A DNA stretch of 64,000 nt from Camelus dromedarius (Eukaryota). A program made the position numbers and the translations under genes. Position 1 is the stretch's first letter, and each line of letters opens with the position of its first letter. The DNA lies in contig NC_087436.1 of NCBI RefSeq assembly GCF_036321535.1, positions 2,232,001 to 2,296,000 of the forward strand, written 5' to 3'. Of the stretch, positions 53,901 to 64,000 are shown piece after piece. The notes under the pieces are model-generated. The model made no database searches, was not told where the DNA came from, and saw only the letters and a list, made by a program, of their open reading frames with translations.

Positions 53901-56900
53901 GTGAAGGACGGCTTTCACACACACTTATCTCTCAGATCTGGTCTAGTGGAGAGACGTTCGTTCAACTAGCACAAAGGGAACGGGTTGCTGGAGAAACTTT
54001 TAATCATTTTTCTCAGTCTGTTTCCTAGTGCCGGTTTGAAGTTCCTGCAGTTTTCACTGTAAAACCGAGTTGGAGCTAGTACCTCCCCATATATATGTAT
54101 GGAGTGGAGTTTGCAACTGGAAAGAAACTTTGTGTTCCCAACAAGCTAGGGGAAGGACGGCTTTCACACACACTTATTTCTCAGAACTTAGCATGTGGAG
54201 AGACTTTCGTTCATCTAGCACAAAGGGAACGGGTTGCAGGAGAAAATTTTACTCTGGTTTCTCAGTGTATTTCCTAGTGCCGGGTTGAAGTTCCTGCAGT
54301 TTTCACTGTAAAACAGAGTTGGGGCTTGTACCACCCCATATATATGTATGGAGTGGAGTTTGCAACTGAAAAGAAACTTTGTGTTCCCAACAAGCAAGGT
54401 GAAGGACGGCTTTCACACACACTTATCTCTCAGAACTGAGCATGTGGAGAGACGTTCGTTCATCTAGCACAAAGGAACGGGTTGCAGGAGAAAATTTTAC
54501 TCTGGTTTCTCAGTCTGTTTCCTACTGCCGGGTTGAAGTTCCTGCAGTTTTCACTGTAAAACCGAGTTGGGGCTAGTACCTACCGATATATATGTATGGA
54601 GTGGAGTATGCAACTGAAAAGAAACTTTGTGTTCCCAACAAGCTAGTTGAAGGACGGCTTTCACACACACTTAACACTCAGAACTTAGCATGTGGAGAGA
54701 CGTTCGTTCATCTAGCACAAAGGGAACGGGAGGCAGGAGAAACTTTTACTCTGGTTTCTCAGTCTGTTTCCTAGTGCTGGTTTGAAGTTCCTGCAGTTTT
54801 CATTGTAAAACAGTGTTGGGGCTACTACCTCCCCTTATATATGTATGGAGTGGAGTTTGCAACTGAAAAGAAACTTTGTGCTCCCAACAAGCTAGGTGAA
54901 GGACGGCTTTCACACTCACTTATCTCTCAGATCTGGACAAATGGAGAGACGTTCGTTCATCTAGCACAAAGGGAACGGGTTGCAGGAGAAAATTTTCTCT
55001 GGTTTGTCAGTCTGTTTCCTGTTGCCGGTTTGAAGTTCCTGCAGTTTTCACTGTAAAACCGAGTTGGAGCTAGTACGTCCCCATATATATGTATGGAGTG
55101 GAGTTTCAACTGAAAAGAAACTTTGTGTTCCCAAGAAGCTATGAGAAGGACGGCTTTCACACACACTTATCTCTCAGAACTGAGCATGTGGAGACTTTCG
55201 TTCAGTTAGCACAAAAGGAACGGGTGGCAGGAGAAATTTTACTCTGGTTTCTCAGTCTGTTTCCTAGTGCCGGTTAGAAGTTCCTGCAGTTTTCACTGTA
55301 AAACCGATTTTGGGCTACTACCTCCCCATATATATGTATGGAGTGGAGTTTGCAACTGAAAAGAATCTTTGTGTTCCCAACAAGCTAGGTGAAGTACGGC
55401 TTTCACACACACGTATATCTCAGATCTGGGCAAGTGGAGAGACGTTCATTCATCTAGCAGAAAAGGAACGGTTTGCAGGAGAAACTTTTTCTCTGGTGTC
55501 TCAGTCTGTTTCCTGTTGCCGGTTTAAAGTTCCTGCAGTTATCACTGTAAAACCGAGTTGCAGCTTGTCCCTCCCCATATATATGTATGGATTGGAGTTT
55601 GCAACTGAAAGGAACTTTGTGTTCCAAGGAAGCTAGGTGAAGGACGGCTTTCACACACACTTATCTCTCAGAACTCAGCATGTGGAGAGACATTCATTCA
55701 TCTAGCACAAAGGGTATGGTTTGCCTGAGAAATTTTTCTCCGGTTTCTCAGTCTGTTTCCTGTTGCCGGTTTAAAGTTCCTTCAGATTTCACTGTAAAAC
55801 CGAGTTTGAGCTAGTACCTACCCATATATATGTATGGATTGGATTTTGCAACTGAAAAGAAACTTTGTGTTCCCAACAAGCTAGGGGAAGGACGGCTTTC
55901 ACACACACTTATCTCTCAGATCGGAGCAAGTGGAGAGACGTTCGTTCATCTAGCACAAAGGAACGGGTTGCAGGAGAAAATTTTACTCTGGATTCTCAGT
56001 CTGTTTCCTAGTGCCGGGTTGAAGTTCCTGCAGTTTTCACTGTAAAACCGAGTTGGGGCTAGTACCTCCCGATATATATGTATGGAGTGGAGTTTGCAAC
56101 TGAAAAGAAACTTTGTGTTCCCAACAAGCTAGGTGAAGGACGGCTTTCACACACACTTAACACTCAGAACTGAGCATGTGGAGAGACGTTCGTTCATCTA
56201 GCACAAAGGGAACGGGTTGCAGGAGAAACTTTTCTCTGGTTTCTCAGTCTGTTTCCTGTTGCCGGTTTGAAGTTCCTGCAGTTTTCACTGTAAAACCGAG
56301 TTGGAGCTAGTACGTCCCCATATATATGTATGGAGTGGAGTTTCAACTGAAAAGAAACTTTGTGTTCCCAAGAAGCTAGGAGAAGGACGGCTTTCACACA
56401 CACTTATCTCTCAGAACTGAGCATGTGGAGAGACTTTCGTTCATTTAGCACAAAGGGAACGGGTGGCAGGAGAAATTTTACTCTGGTTTCTCAGTCTGTT
56501 TCCTAGTGCCGGTTAGAAGTTCCTGCAGTTTTCACTGTAAAACCGATTTTGGGCTACTACCTCCCCATATATATGTATGGAGTGGAGTTTGCAACTGAAA
56601 AGAATCTTTGTGTTCCCAACAAGCTAGGTGAAGGACGGCTTTCACACACACGTATATCTCAGATCTGCGCAAGTGGAGAGACGTTCGTTCATCTAGCAGA
56701 AAGGGAACGGGTTGCAGGAGAAACATTTTCTCTGGTGTCTCAGTCTGTTTCCTGTTGCCGGTTTAAAGTTCCTGCAGTTATCACTGTAAAACCGAGTTGC
56801 AGCTGGTCCCTCCCCATATATATGTATGGATTGGAGTTTGCAACTGAAAGGAACTTCGTGTTCACAAGAAGCTAGGTGAAGGACGGCTTTCACACACACT

Positions 56901-56930
56901 TTTCTCTCAGAACTCAGCATGTGGAGAGAC
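47469..56930. repeat. Tandem duplication of a 19-monomer block (period 4717 bp), overlapping the 16-mer duplication
   Basis: ORF pairs 47826/52543, 49129/53846, 50593/55310 and 51832/56549 are all offset by 4717. The variant ATATATAAGGATTGC is shared by these two copies. Confidence 0.92.
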
Positions 56931-58424
56931 ATTCATTCATCTAGCACAAAGGGAAAGGGTTGCAGGAGAAACTTTTACTCTGGTTTCTCAGACTGTTTCC
57001 TACTGCCGGTTTGAATTTCCTGCAGTTTTCACTGTAAAACAGAGTTGGAGCTAGCACCACCCCATATATATGTATGGAGAGGAGTTTGCAACTGAAAAGA
57101 AACTTTGTGTTCCCAACAAGCTAGTTGAAGGACAGCTTTCACACACACTTATCACTCAGAACTCAGCATGCGGAGAGACGTTCGTTCATCTAGCACAAAG
57201 GGAACGGGTGGCAGGAGAAAATTTTACTCTGGTTTCTCAGTCTGTTTCCTAGTGCAGGTTTGAAGTTCCTGCAGTTTTCACTGTAAAACCGAGTTGGGGC
57301 TACTACCACCCCGTATATATGTATGGAGTGGAGTTTGCAACTGAAAAGAAACTTTGTGTTCCCAACAACTATATGAAGGACGGCTTTCACACACACTTAT
57401 CTCTCAGATCTGGGCAAGTGGAGAGACGTTCGTTCATCTAGCACAAAGGGAATGGTTTGCCTGAGAAATTTTTCTCCGGTTTCTCAGTCTGTTTCCTGTT
57501 GCCGGTTTAAAGTTCCTGCAGTTTTCACTGTAAACCGATTTGGAGCTTGTCCCTCCCCATATATATGTATGGATTGGAGTTTGCAACTGAAAGGAACTTT
57601 GTGTTCCCAAGATGCTAGGTGAAGGAAGGCATTCACACACACTTATCTCTCAGAACTGAGCATGTGGAGAGACGTTCGTTCACCTAGCACAAAGGGAACT
57701 GGTTGCAGGAGAAACTTTTACTCTGGTTTCTTAGTCTGTTTCCTAGTGCCGGTATGAATTTCCTATAGTTTTCACTGTAAAACAGAGTTGGAGCAAGTAC
57801 CTACCCATATATATTTATGGAGTGGAGTTTGCAACTGAAAAGAAACTTTGTGTTCCCAACAAGATAAGGGAAGGACGGCTTTCACACACACTTATCTCTC
57901 AGATCTGGGCAAGTGGAGAGACGTTCGTTCACCTAGCACAAAGGAACGGGTTGCAGGAGAAAATTTTACTCTGGATTCTCAGTCTGTTTCCTAGTGCCGG
58001 GTTGAAGTTTCTGCAGTTTTCACTGTAAAACAGAGTTGGGGCTAGTACCTCCCCATATATATGTATGGAGTGGAGTTTGCTACTGAAAAGAAACTATGTG
58101 TTCCCAGCAAGCTAGGTGAAGGACGGCTTTCACACACACATGTCTCTCAGAACTCAGCATGTGGAGAGACGTTCGTTCATCTAGCACAAAGGGAACGGGT
58201 TGCAGGAGAAACTTTTCTCTGGTTTCTCAGTCTGTTTCCTAGTGCCGGTTTGAATTTCCTGCTGTTTTCACTGTAAAACCGAGTTTGAGCTAGTACCTAC
58301 CCATATATATGTATGGAGTGGATTTTGCAACTGAAAAGAAACTTTGTGTTCCCAACAAGCTAGGTGAAGGACGGCTTTCACACACACTTATCTCTCAGAA
58401 CTGAGCATGTGGAGAGACGTTCGT

Positions 58425-61400
58425 TCATCTAGCACAAAGGGAACGGGTTGCAGGAGAAACTTTTACTCATTTTTCTCAGTATGTTTCCTACTTCCTGTTT
58501 GAAGTTTCTTCAGTTTTCACTGTAAAACCGTGTTGGAGCTAGTACCTACCCATATATATGTATGGAGTGGAATTTGCAACTGAAAAGAAACTTTGTGTTC
58601 CCAACAAGCTAGGGGAAGGACGGCTTTCACACACACTTATCTCTCAGAACTGAGCATGTGGAGAGACATTCGTTCATCTAGCACAAAGGGAACGGTTTAC
58701 AGGAGAAAATTTTACTCTGGTTTCTCAGTCTGTTTCCTAGTGCCGGTTTGAAGTTCCTGCAGTTTTCACTGTAAAACAGATTTGGGGCTAGTACCTCCCC
58801 ATATATATGTATGGAGTGGAGTTTGCAACTGAAAAGAAACTTTGTGTTCCCAACAAGTTAGTTGAAGGACGGCTTCCACACACACTTATCTCTCAGATCT
58901 GGGCAAGTGGAGAGACGTTCGTTCATCTAGCACAAAGGGAACGGGTTGCAGGAGAAACTTTTTCTCTGGTTTCTCAGTCTGTTTCCTGTTGCCGGTTTAA
59001 AGTTCCTGCAGTTTTCACTGTAAAACCGAGTTGGAACTTGTTCCTCCCCATATATATGTATGGATTGGAGTTTGCAACTTAAAGGAACTTTGTGTTCCTA
59101 AGAAGCTAGGTGAAGTACGGCTTTCACACACACTTATCTCTCAGAACTGAGCATGTGGAGAGACGTTCGTTCATCTAGCACAAAGGGAACTAGTTGCAGG
59201 AGAAACTTTTACTCATTTTTCTCCATCTGTTTCCTAGTGCCGGTTTGAAGTTCCTTCAGATTTCACTGTAAAACGGAGTTGGAGCTAGTACCTCCCCATA
59301 TATATGTATGGAGTGGATTTTGCAACTGAAAATAAATTTTGTGTTCCCAAAAAGCTAGGGGAAGGACGGCTTTCACACACACTTATCTCTCAGAACTCAG
59401 CATGTGGAGAGACTTTCGCTCATCTAGCACAAAGGGAACGGGTTGCAGGAGAAAATTTTACTCTGGATTCTCAGTCTGTTTCCTAGTGCCGGTTTGAAGT
59501 TCCTGCAGTTTTCACTGTAAAAGAGAGTTGGGGCTAGTACCTCCCCATATATATGTATGGAGTGGAGTTTGCAACTGAAAAGAAACTTTGTGTTCCCAGC
59601 AAGCTAGTTGAAGGACGGCTTTCACACACACATATCTCTCAGAACTGGGCAAGTGGAGAGACGTTCGTTCATCTAGCACAAAGGGAATGGTTTGCCTGAG
59701 AAATTTTTCTCCGGTTTCTAAGTCTGTTTCCTGTTGCCGGTTTAAAGTTCCTGCAGTTTTCACTTTAAACCGATTTGGAGCTTGTCCCACCCCATATATA
59801 TGTATGGATTGGAGTTTGCAACTGAAAGGAACTTGTGTTCCCAAGATGCTAGGTGAAGGACGGCTTTCACACACACTTATATCTCAGAACTGAACATGTG
59901 GAGAGACATTTGTTCATCTAGCACAAAGGGAACGGTTTGCAGGAGAAACTTTTACTCTGGTTTATCAGTCTGTTTCCTACTGCCGGTTTGAAGTTCCTGC
60001 AGTTTTCACTGTAAAACAGAGTTGGAGCTAGTATCTCCGCATATATATGTATGGATTGGAGTTTTCAAGTGAAAAGAAACTTTGTGTTCCCAACAAGCTA
60101 GGTGAAGGAAGGCATTCACACACACTTATCTCTCAGAACTGAGCATGTGGAGAGACGTTCGTTCACCTAGTACAAAGGGAACTGTTTGCAGGAGAAACTT
60201 TTACTCTGGTTTCTTAGTCTGTTTCCTAGTGCCGGTATGAATTTCCTGCAGTTTTCACTGTAAAACAGATTTGGAGCAAGTACCTACCCATATATATTTA
60301 TGGAGTGGAGTTTGCAACTGAAAAGAAACTTTGTGTTCCCAACACGCTAGGGGAAGGACGGCTTTCACACACACTTATCTCTCAGATCTGGGCAAGTAGA
60401 GAGACGTTCGTTCATCTAGCACAAAGGAACGGGTTGCTGGAGAAAATTTACTCTGGATTCTCAGTCTGTTTCCTAGGGCCGGGTTGAAGTTTCTGCAGTT
60501 TTCACTGTAAAACAGAGTTGGGGCTAGTACCTCCCCATATATATGTATGGAGTGGAGTTTGCAACTGAAAAGAAACTTTGTGTTCCCAGCAAGCTAGGTG
60601 AAGGACGGCTTTCACACACAAATGTCTCTCAGAACTCAGCATTTGGAGAGACGTTCGTTCATCTAGCAAAAAGGGAACGGGTTGCAGGAGAAACTTTTAC
60701 TCTGGTTTCTCAGTCTGTTTCCTAGTGCCGGTTTGAATTTCCTGCAGTTTTCAGTGTAAAAAAGAGTTGGAGCTAGTACCTACCCATATATGTGTATGGA
60801 GTGGAGTTTGCAACTGAAAAGAAACTTTGTGTTCCCAACAAGCTAGGCGAAGGACGGCTTTCACACAAACTTATCTCTCAGAACTGAGCATGTGGAGAGA
60901 CGTTCTTTCATCTAGCACAAAGGGAACGGGATGCAGGAGAAACTTTTTCTCTGGTTTCTCAGTCTGTTTCCTAGTGCCGGTTTGAAGTTCCTGCAGTTTT
61001 CACTGTAAAATCGAGTTGGAGCTTGTACCTCACCATATACATGTATGGATTGGATTTTGCAACTTAAAAGAACTTTGTGTTCCCAAGAAGCTAGGTGAAG
61101 GACGGCTTTCACACGCACTTATCTCTCAGAACTGAGTATGTTGAGAGACGTTCGTTCATCTAGCACAAACGGAACGGGTTGCAGGAGAAACTTTTACTCC
61201 GGTTTCTCAGTCTGTTTCCTAGTGCCGGTTTGAATTTCCTGCTGTTTTCACTGTAAAACCGAGTTTGAGCTAGGTCCTACCCATATATATGTATGGAGTG
61301 GATTTTGCAACTGAAAAGAAACTTTGTGTTCCCAACAAGCTAGGTGAAGGACGGCTTTCACACACACTTATCTCTCAGAACTGAGCATGTGGAGAGACGT

Positions 61401-64000
61401 TCGTTCATCTAGCACAAAGGGAACGGGTTGCAGGAGAAACTTTTACTCATTTTTCTCAGTATGTTTCCTACTTCCTGTTTGAAGTTTCTTCAGTTTTCAC
61501 TGTAAAACCGTGTTGGAGCTAGTACCTCCCCATATATAAGTATGGAGTGGAGTTTGCAACTGAAAAGAAACTTTGTGTTCCCAACAAGCTATGGGAAGGA
61601 CGGCTTTCACACACACTTATCTCTCAGAACTGAGCATGTGGAGAGACGTTCGTTCATCTAGCACAAAGGGAATGAGTTGCAGGAAAAAATTTTACTCTGG
61701 TTTCTCAGTCTGTTTCCTAGTGCCGGTGTGAAGTTCCTGCAGTTTTCACTGTAAAACCGAGTTGGAGCTTGTACCGCCCCATAAATATGTATGGAGTGCA
61801 GTTTGCAACTGAAAAGAAACTTTGTGTTCCCAACAAGTTAGGTGAAGGAGGGCTTTCACACACAATTATCACTCAGGACTGAGCATGTGGAGAGACGTTC
61901 GTTCATCTAGCACAAATAGAACGGGTTGCAGTAGAAAATATGACTCTGGTTTCTCAGTCTGTTTCCTAGTGCCGGTTTGAATTTCCTGCATTTTTCACTG
62001 TAAAACAGAGTTGGAGCTAGTACCTACCCATATATATGTATGGAGTGGAGTTTGCAACTGAAAAGAAACTTTGTGTTCCCAACAAGCTAGGTGAAAGACG
62101 GCTTTCACACACACTTATCTCTCAGAACTGAGCATGTGGAGAGACGTTCGTTCATCTAGCACAAAGGGAACTAGTTGCATGAGAAACTTTTACTCATTTT
62201 TCTCCATCTGTTTCCTAGTGCCGGTTTGAAGTTCCTTCAGATTTCACTGTAAAACGGAGTTGGAGCTAGTACCTCCCCATATATATGTATGGAGTGGATT
62301 TTGCAACTGAAAATAAATTTTGTGTTCCCAACAAGCTAGGGGAAGGACGGCTTTCACACACACTTATCTCTCAGAACTCAGCATGTGGAGAGACTTTCGC
62401 TCATCTAGCACAAAGGGAACGGGTTGCAGGAGAAACTTTTACTCATTTTTCTCAGTATGTTTCCTACTTCCTGTTTGAAGTTTCTTCAGTTTTCACTGTA
62501 AAACCGTGTTGGAGCTAGTACCTACCCATATATATGTATGGAGTGGAATTTGCAACTGAAAAGAAACTTTGTGTTCCCAACAAGCTAGGGGAAGGACGGC
62601 TTTCACACACACTTATCTCTCAGAACTGAGCATGTGGAGAGACATTCGTTCATCTAGCACAAAGGGAACGGTTTACAGGAGAAAATTTTACTCTGGTTTC
62701 TCAGTCTGTTTCCTAGTGCCGGTTTGAAGTTCCTGCAGTTTTCACTGTAAAACAGATTTGGGGCTAGTACCTCCCCATATATATGTATGGAGTGGAGTTT
62801 GCAACTGAAAAGAAACTTTGTGTTCCCAACAAGTTAGTTGAAGGACGGCTTCCACACACACTTATCTCTCAGATCTGGGCAAGTGGAGAGACGTTCGTTC
62901 ATCTAGCACAAAGGGAACGGGTTGCAGGAGAAACTTTTTCTCTGGTTTCTCAGTCTGTTTCCTGTTGCCGGTTTAAAGTTCCTGCAGTTTTCACTGTAAA
63001 ACCGAGTTGGAACTTGTTCCTCCCCATATATATGTATGGATTGGAGTTTGCAACTTAAAGGAACTTTGTGTTCCTAAGAAGCTAGGTGAAGGACGGCTTT
63101 CACACACACTTATCTCTCAGAACTGAGCATGTGGAGAGACGTTCGTTCATCTAGCACAAAGGGAACTAGTTGCAGGAGAAACTTTTACTCATTTTTCTCC
63201 ATCTGTTTCCTAGTGCCGGTTTGAAGTTCCTTCAGATTTCACTGTAAAACGGAGTTGGAGCTAGTACCTCCCCATATATATGTATGGAGTGGATTTTGCA
63301 ACTGAAAATAAATTTTGTGTTCCCAAAAAGCTAGGGGAAGGACGGCTTTCACACACACTTATCTCTCAGAACTCAGCATGTGGAGAGACTTTCGCTCATC
63401 TAGCACAAAGGGAACGGGTTGCAGGAGAAAATTTTACTCTGGATTCTCAGTCTGTTTCCTAGTGCCGGTTTGAAGTTCCTGCAGTTTTCACTGTAAAAGA
63501 GAGTTGGGGCTAGTACCTCCCCATATATATGTATGGAGTGGAGTTTGCAACTGAAAAGAAACTTTGTGTTCCCAGCAAGCTAGTTGAAGGACGGCTTTCA
63601 CACACACATATCTCTCAGAACTGGGCAAGTGGAGAGACGTTCGTTCATCTAGCACAAAGGGAATGGTTTGCCTGAGAAATTTTTCTCCGGTTTCTAAGTC
63701 TGTTTCCTGTTGCCGGTTTAAAGTTCCTGCAGTTTTCACTTTAAACCGATTTGGAGCTTGTCCCACCCCATATATATGTATGGATTGGAGTTTGCAACTG
63801 AAAGGAACTTGTGTTCCCAAGATGCTAGGTGAAGGACGGCTTTCACACACACTTATATCTCAGAACTGAACATGTGGAGAGACATTTGTTCATCTAGCAC
63901 AAAGGGAACGGTTTGCAGGAGAAACTTTTACTCTGGTTTATCAGTCTGTTTCCTACTGCCGGTTTGAAGTTCCTGCAGTTTTCACTGTAAAACAGAGTTG
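58425..64000. repeat. Second 16-monomer tandem duplication (period 3976 bp); second copy truncated by the window end
   Basis: ORF pairs 58807/62783, 59304/63280 and 59512/63488 are offset by 3976. Shared rare variants GGTTTACAGG, CCCAAAAAGCT, CACTTTAAACCG and GAACTTGTGTTC. Confidence 0.9.

Larger units (their letters stand above)
40763..62400. repeat. Domain A': expanded colinear paralog of domain A (1-~14200)
   Basis: Diagnostic monomers occur in the same order, with stepwise offsets 41260 (1031/42291, 1506/42766), 40764 (3086/43850), 50697 (6373/57070), 49952 (8855/58807) and 48211 (12701/60912). Confidence 0.85.
1..64000. repeat. Tandem satellite DNA array, ~249 bp monomer, ~257 copies, single orientation, open at both window ends; probably centromeric/pericentromeric
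   Basis: The monomer start CTCTCAGAAC at 1 recurs at 250 (CTCTTAGAAC) and every 248-249 bp up to 63857. All ORF-track offsets between like peptides are near multiples of ~248.5. No non-satellite sequence was seen. The centromeric role is inferred from architecture only. Confidence 0.98.

Noticed and set aside
1031..63869. Many similar 60-120 aa ORFs (MYGVEFATEKK..., MCVKAVLHL...) resembling a peptide gene family
   Set aside because: They occur on both strands and in several frames, are opened and closed by random substitutions and frameshifts, and show no recognisable domain. The 249-bp unit being divisible by 3 and the repetition explain their recurrence.
1..64000. CRISPR array or repeat/variable-cassette system
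   Set aside because: There are no unique spacers: the entire unit is repeated and variation consists of dispersed point changes. No cas, recombinase or reverse transcriptase gene is present.
42990..64000. A fixed 16-mer HOR, because period 3976 occurs twice
   Set aside because: The two 16-mer blocks contain different monomer sets and are separated by a 19-mer period. Equal size is probably coincidental.
1..64000. Assignment to a named satellite or species
   Set aside because: Length and sequence do not match families I can recall with confidence; a database search is needed.

Overview
The whole 64 kb window is one uninterrupted head-to-tail tandem satellite array of about 257 copies of a 248-249 bp monomer, all in the same orientation. 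Approximate consensus read by eye: CTCTCAGAACTGAGCATGTGGAGAGACGTTCGTTCATCTAGCACAAAGGGAACGGGTTGCAGGAGAAACTTTTACTCTGGTTTCTCAGTCTGTTTCCTAGTGCCGGTTTGAAGTTCCTGCAGTTTTCACTGTAAAACCGAGTTGGAGCTAGTACCTCCCCATATATATGTATGGAGTGGAGTTTGCAACTGAAAAGAAACTTTGTGTTCCCAACAAGCTAGGTGAAGGACGGCTTTCACACACACTTAT. I see no genes, transposon insertions, inversions or CRISPR spacers, and the listed ORFs are translations of the satellite. The architecture is typical of a eukaryotic (peri)centromeric satellite (inference). I cannot name the family or the organism. The informative structure lies in the variants: distinct monomer classes in a preferred order; nested, irregular higher-order duplications (1, 2, 6, 7, 16, 19 and about 22 monomers); an A-B-A' domain layout with a 41-50 kb paralogy; chimeric junction monomers; an apparent G:C>T:A substitution bias; and many short dyad symmetries without a canonical CENP-B box. 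I found no evidence of a new protein-coding system. Block offsets come from matching ORF-track coordinates and diagnostic variants read by eye, so boundaries are approximate.
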